NCBI GenBank assembly: GCA_965242965.1
Contig: OZ251518.1
Location: 928,001-992,000 of the forward strand
Reading direction: 5' to 3'
DNA from: Candidatus Poribacteria bacterium
GTDB taxonomy: Bacteria; Poribacteria; WGA-4E; WGA-3G
DNA length: 64,000 nucleotides
Shown here in pieces: positions 1 through 10,319 of this stretch. The notes under the pieces were generated by a model. It was not told the DNA's origin. It did no database searches and saw only the letters and a program-made list of their open reading frames with translations. The translations under genes were made by a program, and so were the position numbers. The stretch's first letter is position 1. Every line of letters starts with the position of its first letter.

Positions 1-510
1 AAAACGGTACTTCACCGTAGGGCGAGGGCCTGTCCCTCGCCATCGTCCGCGCACTCCAACGCTCGCAGGGGAAACCCGCTCGGATGCGCGTGTGGCATCT
101 GAGCCCCCGCGCTACGATAAAAAAACGGTACTTCATCGTAGTGCGAGGGCCTGTCCCTCGCCATTGCTCGCTCGCCAGGCCCTGTAACTCAGGATTGCCG
201 GATCCTGACCCGTTTGTGATCAGGCGATCACAAACTACAGAGAGGAGAACGAAAAAACGTCTCTTGTTCTCTTCAGGTCCTAAAAGACCTAAAACGCCAC
301 CGCTTGCTGATGGCCAACGCGGGGGACAGGCCCCCGCGCTACGGGAACATCGAGACCGGGAGGTCTCTCCTACCGGGAAGGCATCTATTCCGAGAGGGCT
401 CTCCTACCGGGAATTGGCTCTCTATTATTAAGGTCCTAGCAGACCTTGATAGGGGTTGATACTTTTTCTATAGACATTAAGGTCCTACGGACCTAGAGGA
501 GGCGTTTGGT
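1..510. repeat. Mosaic cluster of REP-like palindromes
   Basis: GTAGGGCGAGGGCCTGTCCCTCGCC, CGCGGGGGACAGGCCCCCGCGCTAC, GAGACCGGGAGGTCTCTCCTAC and AGGTCCTxxxGGACCT modules recur throughout the window. Confidence 0.9.
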
Positions 511-560
511 TGCAAACAATCCCTAATTTTGTAATTCCTGCTAATCTTGTCCGTCCTGAT

Positions 561-1703
561 TCAGACAGTCAGAAAACGAAATGTCTCACACCTTGTCAGC
601 GCGACTTCTCCCACCGTCAGTCCTGCCTCAAGAAGCGCGCGCACCTCTTCAATATCAGAGGCGAGTTCGACAGTTGTGCCTTCTTTTGCAGGTTTAAGCA
701 TTAGCACCTCCCGTCCATCAATACCAGCATCAGTCAGGAGCGCGTCGCTGTGGGTGCTGACGAAAACCTGCTGGCATCGGCCGTTTTTCTGCATCCGCGA
801 GATCAGCGGCGCGAGTTGGGAGACGATACCGGCGTTTAAGGATAATTCCGGTTCCTCCAACAGAAGCACCGAGTTGCTTTCAAGGAGAGCCCACAGAAGT
901 CCGAGCAGCCGGAGAGTGCCGTCGGAAAACTGGTCTTCCTGTTGCCAACCGCCTTTTGAACGCCAGTGTTCATAATTTGCCCGCAAGTGCGGCCGTCCCA
1001 CTTCGTCACGGAGGAATTCCAACTGTTGGAGTTGAGGCACAGCGATTTTGAGGGCATTTTCGATTTTCTTGAGGCGGGAGCGGCGCGTTCTTTCATGAGC
1101 CTTCGCGATGCGTTCTAGAAAGCCTTGTCCGAAAGGATCTGCCTCGACGACATTCCCTTGAATTGAATCTGCAAAGCGCAGCAACTGCGGCACGAGGTGC
1201 AGATAGGTAACGTTCCGAAAGAACTGCGCTATCTCCCGAAACTCGGCATTGACGTTAATCTGTTCCAGAAACGTTTGGGTGAGCCGCTCCGGGTCCTTTT
1301 CGTCTTCAGCATCTGGGCGGTTCAGAATCTGCTCCCTGTTTTTCCAGACGCGTTCGTACGTGAGCAAAGGTCGGCGGTATCCACGTGGTTCTTGGCGAAA
1401 CTCCAAAGCGTACCGCCATGTGGGAAATGCATCAGGGGTATCCGCGAGGTGGATTTCAATGCCCACTTCTGGATCTTGTCTCGCTGCCAAGCATCGGATT
1501 TTGGAAACACCCCTGCGGTCCTTCACTGCCTTTTGGAAGCTGCCGCCATCGATTTTGACGATATCGCGGAGGAAACGGACGATGTCCAGCAGATTGGATT
1601 TCCCTGAGGCGTTCGGGCCGACGATGAATTGGCGTTCCCGGAGGAGGACATCCGCCTGTTGGAAATTCCGCCAATTTTTCACAATGAGCCGTTTGACAAT
1701 CAT
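561..1703 (-). CDS. ABC-like AAA ATPase (AAA_21/RecF-SMC-like)
   Basis: Walker A GPNASGKS, signature FSDGTLR, Walker B LLLEEPE, H-loop STHS. Confidence 0.85.
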   Translation of the reverse strand: MIVKRLIVKNWRNFQQADVLLRERQFIVGPNASGKSNLLDIVRFLRDIVKIDGGSFQKAVKDRRGVSKIRCLAARQDPEVGIEIHLADTPDAFPTWRYALEFRQEPRGYRRPLLTYERVWKNREQILNRPDAEDEKDPERLTQTFLEQINVNAEFREIAQFFRNVTYLHLVPQLLRFADSIQGNVVEADPFGQGFLERIAKAHERTRRSRLKKIENALKIAVPQLQQLEFLRDEVGRPHLRANYEHWRSKGGWQQEDQFSDGTLRLLGLLWALLESNSVLLLEEPELSLNAGIVSQLAPLISRMQKNGRCQQVFVSTHSDALLTDAGIDGREVLMLKPAKEGTTVELASDIEEVRALLEAGLTVGEVALTRCETFRFLTV

Positions 1704-1742
1704 TTTTTCTCTATCCTATCAAATCAAAAGTTAAGGTTAATT

Positions 1743-2222
1743 GAGGGTGTTTCATATCTCGATGGCTTCCCCGTAGGAGAGACCTCCCGGTCTCGATGCA
1801 ATAGGGCGGCGCGCCTACCGGGGCCGCGGCAGCAGAAAGCCCCTTCACCGTAGTGCGGGGGCCTGTCCCTCGCCATTGCTCGCTCGCGGGGGACAGGCCC
1901 CCGCACTACGGTAAAAAAACGCCGCCTCTTCACGTAGGGCGAGGGCCTGTCCCTCGCCATCGTGCGTGCGCCAGGCCCTGTAAGTCAGGATCGCCTAATC
2001 CTGACCCGTTTGTGATCAGGCGATCACAACCTACAGAGGTGGAAAAACACCTCGTGACGATGGAGATCGCGGGGGACAGGCCCCCGCGCTACGATAAAAA
2101 ACGGTGCTTGAACCATCGCGGGGGAAACCCGCTCGGATGCGCGTGTGGCATCCGAGGGCCCCCGCGCCACGGGAACATCGAGACCAGGAGGTCTCTCCTA
2201 CGGGGAGTTATGAAACACCCTC
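1743..2222. mobile_element. MITE-like element filled with REP modules
   Basis: TIRs GAGGGTGTTTCATA...TATGAAACACCCTC; flanks AGGTTAATT/AGGTTGATT (8/9 direct repeat). Confidence 0.75.
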
Positions 2223-2320
2223 AGGTTGATTAACGATATTATACACGCTGTTTCTCTATTTGTCAACTTAACCAGAATCCCGTAAATCCTGATTCAGACA
2301 ATATTCAGACAAAATTTTTC

Positions 2321-2349
2321 TTGACATATTCCGAGAATTTCTATAAGAT
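2321..2349 (+). promoter_or_regulatory. sigma70-type promoter
   Basis: TTGACA-17bp-TAAGAT upstream of PhyH gene; GGAG RBS follows. Confidence 0.55.
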
Positions 2350-2381
2350 ATGTCCACAGAGTCAAAAACGAGGAGAAAATA

Positions 2382-3164
2382 ATGGACAACCTAGAGATGC
2401 TCCAATATCTGTTCGACCTGCAGGGATACATCGTCATTGAAGATGTGCTGACACCTGCCGAGGTCGCGGCGTTGAATAGCCGCATTGACGCGCAAGAACT
2501 GCCGCCGCCCGGAAAAATCCGACGCTTCGGCGGTGCAGCAGGCGGCGCGCCCGAAGGCTCCGGATTTCTGGAGTGGGGACAACCCTTCTGCGAACTACTC
2601 GATCATCCCCGCATCCTGCCGATGCTCCGGTTTATGCTCGGCGATAGCATCCGGCTTGACAGGATTTACGGCATGTATATGGAGGCAGGCATGTCCGCCG
2701 GCGCACTGCACGGCTCAAACACGCCGTATTCACCCGGCGAATTCTATCACGTCCGAGATGGCAGGATTCATAACGGGTTCACGGTGGTGACGTGGAATTT
2801 GGCGGATACGGGACCGGACGCGGGCGGATTCTGTTGCATTCCGGGCAGCCATAAGAGCAACTTTAAACTGCCACAAGAAGTCTTTGAAGCACCGGAAAAG
2901 GCGAGCTGCGTTACGGTGCCAGTGGCGAAAGCCGGCTCGGCAATTCTCTTCTCGGAGGCATTGACGCACGGCACGGCGAGGTGGACAGCAAAGCATCAGC
3001 GGCGTTCGCTTTTGTATAAGTATTGCCAATCGCAGATTGCATGGGGTTCCGGGCGCGTCAGACCGCCGTCCAACGTTGAATTAACCCCGCGCCAGAAATT
3101 GCTCTTTTTGGAACCGGCGAATCCGGGGAATTTCTATCCGTCCCTTTTCGCCGCAGTTTCGTAG
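2382..3164 (+). CDS. Phytanoyl-CoA dioxygenase (PhyH) family protein
   Basis: FDLQGYIVIEDVL start, GGFCCIPGSHKSN, KAGSAILF..THG, RRSLLYKY. Confidence 0.85.
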   Translation: MDNLEMLQYLFDLQGYIVIEDVLTPAEVAALNSRIDAQELPPPGKIRRFGGAAGGAPEGSGFLEWGQPFCELLDHPRILPMLRFMLGDSIRLDRIYGMYMEAGMSAGALHGSNTPYSPGEFYHVRDGRIHNGFTVVTWNLADTGPDAGGFCCIPGSHKSNFKLPQEVFEAPEKASCVTVPVAKAGSAILFSEALTHGTARWTAKHQRRSLLYKYCQSQIAWGSGRVRPPSNVELTPRQKLLFLEPANPGNFYPSLFAAVS

Positions 3165-3187
3165 AATCAGTAACGTCCTAGTAAGGT

Positions 3188-3425
3188 GAGGGTGTTTCAT
3201 AAATCGCTCAACGTCGCGGTGCCAGGCACCGCGCTGCGGTGAAAAAACGTCTCCCCTTCCCGTAGGGCGAGGGACAGGCCCTCGCCATCGTTCGCGCGCC
3301 AGGCCCTGTAGGTCAGGATCGCCTGATCCTGACCTGTTTGTGATCAGGCGATCACAAACTACAGAGGGGAAACACACATCGGGCCGATAGAGATCGCGGG
3401 GGACAGGCCCCCGCGCTACGGGAAG
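3188..3425. repeat. REP cluster starting with a single MITE terminus
   Basis: GAGGGTGTTTCATAA at 3188 followed by GTAG hairpin modules; no closing TIR seen. Confidence 0.8.
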
Positions 3426-3490
3426 GGGACCCGGTTTGGGACATAACCCGATTAAATCTTATCCGCAACGAGTAACATAGGAGAATCGCG

Positions 3491-4369
3491 ATGCCGAAAC
3501 GAGTGAACAAGGCAATTGAACTGCTTGAAGCAGACCAGCCTGTCTTTTACACGGGCAGCCACACCGGCGCAAACTTGAATTACGATGCCGGCCGCGCCAT
3601 GGCGCAAACATGGGCAGATTATATCAACATCGGCATGGAGCACGGCAGCTTCGACCTGGGTGGGTTGGATAACTTCATGCGCGGGCTCGCCGATGGAGGC
3701 CCGACAAACAGCGGACACCAGACCCCGGCGGTTATCGTTGAATTGCCGGTAGACGGAATTAGTGCTGACGTAATCCGTGCCAACGGATGGCAGATACGGC
3801 AACTGCTCGCTCGCGGCGTGCATGGACTGCTCCTCTGCCACGCAGAATCACCGGAGGCGGTGAAGGCGTTCGTCGAAGCGTGCCGCTATCCATTCCAGAC
3901 TATCGGTGTCGGCACGCAGTTAGATGTCGGCAGACGCGGCTCCGCTGGACAAGGCTCCGCCGCGCCTATCTGGGGCATCTCCGTTGACGAATACTTGGAC
4001 AAGGCAGACCCGTGGCCGTTGAACCCCAACGGCGAACTGCTGCTGGGGTTGAAATTTGAGAACAAGCGCGCCTTGGCAAACGTGGAGATAACCGCGCAGG
4101 TGCCGGGCATCGCCTTCGCTGAATGGGGACCGGGGGATATGAGCATGTCGTTCGGGTATAAAAACCCGCCGAACCCTCGGCCGCAAGAACTGCAGGATGC
4201 GCGCGACCGCGTCTTTACGGCGTGCAAATCGGCTGGTATTAAGTTCCTTGAAAGCGCGTCAGCGGACACGATCGAGGCGCACATTGATGCAGGCGTGCGG
4301 ATTTGCGGCTCCGGCGAAGAATGTGCCCGCATCGGGCGCGCCTATGCAGGCAGAACTATGCCTGTTTAG
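3491..4369 (+). CDS. HpcH/HpaI aldolase/citrate lyase family protein
   Basis: INIGMEHG, LARGVHG, KFEN, EWGPGDMSMSFG motifs; GGAG RBS. Confidence 0.8.
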   Translation: MPKRVNKAIELLEADQPVFYTGSHTGANLNYDAGRAMAQTWADYINIGMEHGSFDLGGLDNFMRGLADGGPTNSGHQTPAVIVELPVDGISADVIRANGWQIRQLLARGVHGLLLCHAESPEAVKAFVEACRYPFQTIGVGTQLDVGRRGSAGQGSAAPIWGISVDEYLDKADPWPLNPNGELLLGLKFENKRALANVEITAQVPGIAFAEWGPGDMSMSFGYKNPPNPRPQELQDARDRVFTACKSAGIKFLESASADTIEAHIDAGVRICGSGEECARIGRAYAGRTMPV

Positions 4370-4390
4370 CAGAAGGACTTCATAAACCCC

Positions 4391-4418
4391 GGTAGGCGCG
4401 CTCGCAAAGCGCGCCTAC
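4391..4418. repeat. Short GTAG REP palindrome
   Basis: GGTAGGCGCGCTcgcaaAGCGCGCCTAC; relatives at ~34456, ~41872, ~46737, ~56361, ~60765. Confidence 0.75.
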
Positions 4419-4435
4419 AGCATGAGAGGTGAATT

Positions 4436-5170
4436 ATGGCATTAACCGAACAAGAAATGTTGGCAGAATTGCGTCAATTTGATACCCCGTCAATCACGAA
4501 TGTGGTTGCCACTTATCCAAACAGCCCCCTCTGCCTCGGACTTTACAATCCGTGGTCGGAAAATTGGTATACCGATACCTCGCTCCGTTGCATGTATCCG
4601 GACCTCGGCGCGATGGCGGGGTATGCGGTGACATGCGTCTACGGCTTGCCCGACCCGAATTTCTCGCGGCTCTCCTTTATGGATGTCATCGACGCGCTCG
4701 GTGCCTCGCCGCAGCCGACGATTCTGGCGTTTCAGCAGAAATTCCCACCAGAAATCGCCGATAAGGTGGGATTAGCCGGCGGCAACATGACCGCGGCGAT
4801 GAAGGCTGTGGGCTGCTTGGGCGCAATCTCCAACGGGCCCTCGCGCGATATTGACGAAATCCGTCCGATGGAGTTTCAGTATCTGTTGAGCGGTATCACG
4901 CCGGGCCACGGCGATATGGCAGTTCATGCTGTCAACGTCCCTGTCACAATCGCGGGGATGGATGTGGCCCCCGGCGAAATTATCCACATGGATGAGAACG
5001 GCGCGTGCAAGTTTCCGGGCGATAAACTGGAGGCGGTGCTGACGAATGTTAAGGCACTGCTGAAGGAAGAAGGAGACCGGATTGGGCAGTTGTTATCTGG
5101 GCCGAAAACGGCGAAGCAGGTGCGCGCTATTTTCAGCGGGCATTCTTACGCCGAGGATGATGAGGAATAG
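4436..5170 (+). CDS. RraA-like / HMG-CHA aldolase family protein
   Basis: DTPSITN, GGNMT, NGPSRDIDEI, VAPGEIIHMDENG. Confidence 0.8.
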   Translation: MALTEQEMLAELRQFDTPSITNVVATYPNSPLCLGLYNPWSENWYTDTSLRCMYPDLGAMAGYAVTCVYGLPDPNFSRLSFMDVIDALGASPQPTILAFQQKFPPEIADKVGLAGGNMTAAMKAVGCLGAISNGPSRDIDEIRPMEFQYLLSGITPGHGDMAVHAVNVPVTIAGMDVAPGEIIHMDENGACKFPGDKLEAVLTNVKALLKEEGDRIGQLLSGPKTAKQVRAIFSGHSYAEDDEE

Positions 5171-5189
5171 TCTAAATCCCGGTCTGGTT

Positions 5190-5820
5190 TTTCGTAGTGC
5201 GAGGGCCCTCGCATGCCACCCGCGCATGCGAGCGGGTTCCCCTCGCCATCGCTCGCGCACCGGAAAAACCGTCTCTTGTTCTCTTCAGGTCTGTAGGACC
5301 TGAATGTCTATAGCTCGCGCGTCTGCGAAGAACCCTAAGGTCCTTTAGGTCCTTAATATGCTTTGCCAGGTCCGCGTGTTTTCCTATTAAGGTCCTAAAG
5401 GACCTTGCCGTGGGCTAGCACGTGTTTCTATAGACATTAAGGTCCTAAAGGACCTAAAAACGCCACCGGTTGACGATGGTGATCGCGAGGGACAGGCCCC
5501 CGCCCTACGAAAAAAAAACGCCACCCCTTACCGTAGCGCGAGGGCCTGTCCCTCGCCATCGTTTGCACTACAGAAAAAACGTCTCTGGTTCTCTTCAGGT
5601 CCTAAAGGACCTAAAAACATAACTTGACGATGGCGATCGCGGGGGACAGGCCCCCGCGCTACGATGAAAAAAACGCCACCCCTTACCGTAGCGCGAGGGC
5701 CTGTCCCTCGCAAATTTTACGCAGATTCATTTGAATTGATTCTCCAAACGTTCTTGACCCGTTTGAGACTAGTTTGACAACGCGGGGGACAGGCCCCCGC
5801 CCTACGAAAAAAACGGCTAC
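5190..5820. repeat. REP mosaic cluster between convergent genes
   Basis: GTAG hairpins plus a ~200 bp AGGTCCTAAAGGACCT/TCTATAG module similar to 52463-52660. Confidence 0.9.
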
Positions 5821-5839
5821 AGATGAGCATTTATCCCAA

Positions 5840-7072
5840 TTAGTTTGCATTGCGCCGCGTTTGCCATAATCCCCACAGCAGTGCCGGTATCAGCGGCAAT
5901 CCCGACATGCCCCACAGGACGAAACGGATATCCGGAAACACATCAAGCATCACGCCGACGATCATTGTCCCGATGCCGCCCATTAACGTGAAAAGCGCGA
6001 ACTCCGTGCCAAAGACGCGGCCTCGGATTTCATTTGGTGCGTTTTGGAGGAGCAGCTGCGTTGAAAATACCCACACAATCCCGCCGCCGATGCTCCGAAC
6101 AAACCCACCGAGTAGCACCATCGGCAAACTCAAAAGTGGCGCGGCGATAGCGAGGCCAACGCCTCCAATCAGGTAGCCGAGGGTGATAGTGCTGCGGAGG
6201 GATTTGTCCCTGTCGCCTGTCCAACGGCGCGCGAAAACCGGGCCGAGCCCGCTGCCAACGCCGTTCACGGCATACATCCAGCCTAAACTAATTGCGCCGC
6301 CCACACCGATGACAAAGTGCTCTTTGGAGATTGCGACTTGGGCTACTTGGAATCCGGCGGATAGCATGAGCGCAATCGCCGCCTTGTGCATCGCGATGAA
6401 CAGCATGTCAGGATGCCGCAGCAGGTAAACGAGTGCTTTGGTTTTGGGACGCGCGCGAGCCTCGGCAGGGTTCGCGCGGTTGCCCGGAAGGCGAATGCCA
6501 AACAGGAAAAGCGTTGAGACGATAAAGGTGAACCCATCGATGATAAACGCAGTCTGGATGCCAAAAACCCCGGTTGTTAAACCGCCGATAGCGGCACCGA
6601 GGGCAAGCATCACAGACCAGGTTGAGGCCCCCAGTGCGTTTGCCGTGCCGAGTTCTTGGGGCGACGTTATGTCCGGTAGAATCGCGCTTCGGGCCGGACT
6701 GAAAAAACCGCTGATTGCGAAGAGCAGCGTTGTGAGAGTATAGAGGAGCCAGATGTCGCTTTCGTTGCGCACAAGTAGGAACGCAAAAACGACGAAGACC
6801 CGCGCGATATCCGTGATGATTAAGAGATGCTTCCGATTGAACCGGTCGGCGCATATTCCGGCAAGCGGTGCCACCGTAAACGGCGCAAGCATCCGAACCG
6901 TAAACAGAATGCCCACGGCAAGTCCGGATCCCGTTAACTCGGCAATCAGTGCCGCGGATGCAATGAGGTTAAACCAATCGCCTAAAAGGCTGACAACCTG
7001 CGCCGCCCAGAGCCAGCGAAAGTTTCTATTTTGGCGGATGAGCGCGCCATAGCCGACCGGATTTTGGTTCAT
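5840..7072 (-). CDS. MFS transporter (H+ antiporter/MFS_3-like)
   Basis: RNRNFRWLWAAQVVSLLGDWF, motif A-like GICADRFNRK, ~12 hydrophobic segments; start trimmed to ATG 7072. Confidence 0.88.
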   Translation of the reverse strand: MNQNPVGYGALIRQNRNFRWLWAAQVVSLLGDWFNLIASAALIAELTGSGLAVGILFTVRMLAPFTVAPLAGICADRFNRKHLLIITDIARVFVVFAFLLVRNESDIWLLYTLTTLLFAISGFFSPARSAILPDITSPQELGTANALGASTWSVMLALGAAIGGLTTGVFGIQTAFIIDGFTFIVSTLFLFGIRLPGNRANPAEARARPKTKALVYLLRHPDMLFIAMHKAAIALMLSAGFQVAQVAISKEHFVIGVGGAISLGWMYAVNGVGSGLGPVFARRWTGDRDKSLRSTITLGYLIGGVGLAIAAPLLSLPMVLLGGFVRSIGGGIVWVFSTQLLLQNAPNEIRGRVFGTEFALFTLMGGIGTMIVGVMLDVFPDIRFVLWGMSGLPLIPALLWGLWQTRRNAN

Positions 7073-7086
7073 TAGTGCAATGTTCC

Positions 7087-7161
7087 TTAACTTTTGTTCA
7101 CGTGGCATCGCGCAAGCCACAACCACCACAGCAGTGCCGGTATCACCAGCAATCCTGCCAT
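7087..7161 (-). pseudogene. 3' remnant of a paralogous MFS gene
   Basis: MAGLLVIPALLWWLWLARCHVNKS* resembles the MFS C-terminus MSGLPLIPALLWGLWQTRRNAN*; 20-bp identity CCACAGCAGTGCCGGTATCA. Confidence 0.7.
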
Positions 7162-7276
7162 TTCCTTTCTCTGAATCAGATTGCTGAGGATAGGATACCA
7201 CAGATTCTGTTTTCTGGCAAATTGTGCTTTCGGAAACAATTTGACACCAAACCGCAATTGATGATATATTCGTCAC

Positions 7277-8014
7277 ATGATGACTTCACCAACGCCAAAA
7301 ATCGAGATTGCCCAAACAGATGCAATCGTCACCATCACACTCAACCGGCCGGAGGTGCTGAACGCCATTGACAGGGAGATGTTAGATGGGCTGGAGACAA
7401 TCGTCACGCGACTTCACAGCGATGCCTCCGTGCGCGTCGTGATACTCACCGGGAGCGGCGAACGTGCGTTCTGCGTCGGCGCGGATTTGAAACACATCGC
7501 CACTTTCAAGGCAGACGATATTCGGCAGTGGGTTATTGATGGAAACCGCATTTTCAGCAGAATTGCAAGTCTGCCGGTACCGGTGATTGCCGCGATTAAC
7601 GGCTACGCTATCGGCGGCGGCTTGGAATTGGCGATAACGGCTGACCTGCGGTTTGCATCCGACGATGCCAGTTTCAGTATGCCTGAAGTGACGCACGGTT
7701 GGGTCCCAGGGTGGGGCGGCATGCACCGGTTACGCCACCTTATCGGCGAAGCGAAGGCGAAAGAACTTATCTTCCTCGGCGAACGGATTGATGCAGAGAC
7801 TGCGTGTCAACTGCATCTTGTCAATAGGATTGTCAATAAAGCAGACCTGATGGCCGCGGCACTTTCGGTGGCGGAATCTCTCGCTAGCAAGAGCCGGGTT
7901 GCATTGCAAGCGGCGAAAGCGGCATTGACGCGTAATCCGCTCGCAGAGAATGGGTTTGAGGTGAATTATGAGGCGTTCGCATCGTCAGTTTGTTTCACCG
8001 ATTTAAAATCGTAG
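7277..8014 (+). CDS. Enoyl-CoA hydratase/isomerase
   Basis: LNRPEVLNA, AFCVGADL, INGYAIGGGLELA, PEV. Confidence 0.92.
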   Translation: MMTSPTPKIEIAQTDAIVTITLNRPEVLNAIDREMLDGLETIVTRLHSDASVRVVILTGSGERAFCVGADLKHIATFKADDIRQWVIDGNRIFSRIASLPVPVIAAINGYAIGGGLELAITADLRFASDDASFSMPEVTHGWVPGWGGMHRLRHLIGEAKAKELIFLGERIDAETACQLHLVNRIVNKADLMAAALSVAESLASKSRVALQAAKAALTRNPLAENGFEVNYEAFASSVCFTDLKS

Positions 8015-8029
8015 AGATAAAACGCTAAC

Positions 8030-8760
8030 CTCCGTAGTTCGGGCTCGCGCGCCCTCGAACAAGGCGAGACCAGGCGGTCTCGCACTACAGATTGAAAGGA
8101 GAGTGTTTCATATTTCAATGTGTTCGGTAGGGGAGTCCTCCTGGTCTTGATTTCCGGTAGGAGAGACCTCCTGGTCTTGATGTGCCCGTAGCGCGGGGGC
8201 CCTCGGATGCCATACGCGCATGCGAGCGGGTTTCCCCCGCGAACTCCATCGTCATGATGTGTGTTTACCCTCTGTAGTTTGTGATCGCCTGATCACAAAC
8301 AGGTCAAGATCGCTTGGCAAATGCCAGAGCTTCAGACGATCTTGACCTACAGAGCCTAGCGCGCGAACGCTGGCGAGGGACAGGCCCTCGCCCTACGGTG
8401 AAGGGAACCGTTTTTTACCGTAGCGCGGGGGCCTGTCCCCCGCGATCGCTGCATGGCGAGGGACAGGCCCTCGCCCTACGTGAAGGGGAAGCGTTTTTTG
8501 CATCGTAGCGCGGGGGCCCTCGGATGCCATACGCGCATCCGAGCGGGTTTCCCCCGCGATCGTTGGAGTGCGCGGACGCTGGCGAGGGACAGGCCCTCGC
8601 CCTACGATGAAATCAAGACCAGGAGGTCTCTCCTACGGGGACACCGCTTGCATCGAGACTGGAAGGGCTCTCCGAGATAGATTTATGAAACACGCTCAGT
8701 AAAATGGCACAAAAACCGAAAACGGCGAGACAGGGTGCTCTCGCACTATAGATTTGAAAC
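8030..8760. repeat. REP mosaic cluster, with degenerate MITE shell at 8099-8697
   Basis: GAGAGTGTTTCATA...TATGAAACACGCTC enclosing multiple GTAG hairpins. Confidence 0.85.
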
Positions 8761-8766
8761 GCAAAA

Positions 8767-10317
8767 ATGGCACAAAAACCGATTATCACCGCCGATGCGG
8801 CGGCACAACTTGTGGAGAACGGGGATACCCTCGTCATCGGGGGAAGCGGCGCAGGGCACGCAATCCCCGAAACGCTCATCGAGGCACTCGGCAAACGTTT
8901 CCGGGCATCACTTCAGCCGCGCGACTTGACGGTTGTCCACGTCAGCGGCATGGGGGACCAGGGTGAACGCGGCCTCGGTCACCTCGCCGATGCGCGTCTG
9001 ATTAAACGCGACATCGGTGGGCATTGGGGAATGTCGCGCGTGATGACAGAATTGGCTGTCGCTAACCAGATTGAGGCGTATAACCTTCCGCAAGGCGTGC
9101 TGTCGTGTTTGATGCGGAGTATCGCCGCCGGCGCGCCGGGTTACATCACGCATGTCGGCTTACATACCTTCGTCGATCCTCGCTTGGAAGGAGGCAAACT
9201 CAACCCTCGCACGACAGAGGAGTTGGTGGAGGTTGTCACCTTGCGCGGGAAGGAATACCTCTTTTATCCCAGTTTTCCGGTGGATATCGCCTTCGTGCGC
9301 GGGACAACGGCGGATGCTGAACGGAACATCTCCATGGAGGAAGAGGTTGCGTATTTCGAGATGCTTTCGGTTGCACAGGCGGCGAAAAATTCGGGTGGCA
9401 AGGTTATCGCCCAGGTCAAACGGACGGTGCCGAGGCGCGCCCTCGATCCGCGCAGCGTAAAAATCCCCGGTATTTTTGTCGATGCCTTAGTCCTCGCACC
9501 AGAGCAACGGCAGACTTACCAGATCGACTATAACCCGGCATTGTGCGGCGACGCGCGCGAGGGGGAACTCAGCATGGGCATTCTTCCTTTTGACGAACGC
9601 AAAGTGATTACCAAGCGCGCCGCCATGGAATTGCGTCCGTATGCCGTTGTCAATCTCGGCTTTGGGATGCCGTTCGGTGTCGGTATGATAGCCGAGGAGA
9701 GCGGGATTCGGGACAGAATTACGTTGAGCATTGAGCAAGGCAGTTTAGGCGGTGTCCCTGCGGGCGGCTTGGATTCCGGGGCGATGTTCTATCCGGTGGC
9801 AATCCTCGATCAGCCGTATCAATTCGATGCCTATCAAGGCGGCGGCATCGACATCGCCTTCTTGTCGCATGCGCAGGTGGATAGACACGGCAATGTCAAC
9901 GTTAGCAAGTTCGGGAATCGCATTCCCGGCTGTGGCGGTTTCATTGACATTTCACAAAATGCGAAAAAGGTAGTCTTTTGTGGCACCCTCGCCGTGAAAG
10001 CGGCGTTATCGATTTCCGACAGAAAACTCTGCGTGCTGAAGGAAGGCATCCCCAAATTTGTCAACGATGTTGAGCAAATCACGTTTAGCGGCCGGTATGC
10101 GCGGGAGACAGGGCAGTCAGTCTTCTATGTAACAGAGCGCGCCGTATTTCAGTTGACTGAGTCAGGCATTGCCTTGCGCGAAGTCGCGCCGGGTGTGGAT
10201 ATCCGACGCGACGTTTTGGATGCGATTGAATTCGCTCCGATTGTTGGAGATGATGTTGGGATAATGGATGCGCGAGTCTTTGCGGATGTGGCATTGGAGT
10301 TCCGGGATTTTTGTTGA
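8767..10317 (+). CDS. Acyl-CoA:acetate/propionate CoA-transferase (fused alpha-beta, YdiF/Pct-like)
   Basis: EAYNLPQG, GLHTFVDPR, VNLGFG, SIEQG catalytic Glu, GNVNVSKFG..GCGGFIDISQ. Confidence 0.9.
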   Translation: MAQKPIITADAAAQLVENGDTLVIGGSGAGHAIPETLIEALGKRFRASLQPRDLTVVHVSGMGDQGERGLGHLADARLIKRDIGGHWGMSRVMTELAVANQIEAYNLPQGVLSCLMRSIAAGAPGYITHVGLHTFVDPRLEGGKLNPRTTEELVEVVTLRGKEYLFYPSFPVDIAFVRGTTADAERNISMEEEVAYFEMLSVAQAAKNSGGKVIAQVKRTVPRRALDPRSVKIPGIFVDALVLAPEQRQTYQIDYNPALCGDAREGELSMGILPFDERKVITKRAAMELRPYAVVNLGFGMPFGVGMIAEESGIRDRITLSIEQGSLGGVPAGGLDSGAMFYPVAILDQPYQFDAYQGGGIDIAFLSHAQVDRHGNVNVSKFGNRIPGCGGFIDISQNAKKVVFCGTLAVKAALSISDRKLCVLKEGIPKFVNDVEQITFSGRYARETGQSVFYVTERAVFQLTESGIALREVAPGVDIRRDVLDAIEFAPIVGDDVGIMDARVFADVALEFRDFC

Positions 10318-10319
10318 TA

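Noticed and set aside
84-431. Short ORFs with RGPVPR / GDRPPRY / ARDRPSPY motifs in repeat clusters
   Set aside because: Translations of REP palindromes in all frames; no evidence of coding function
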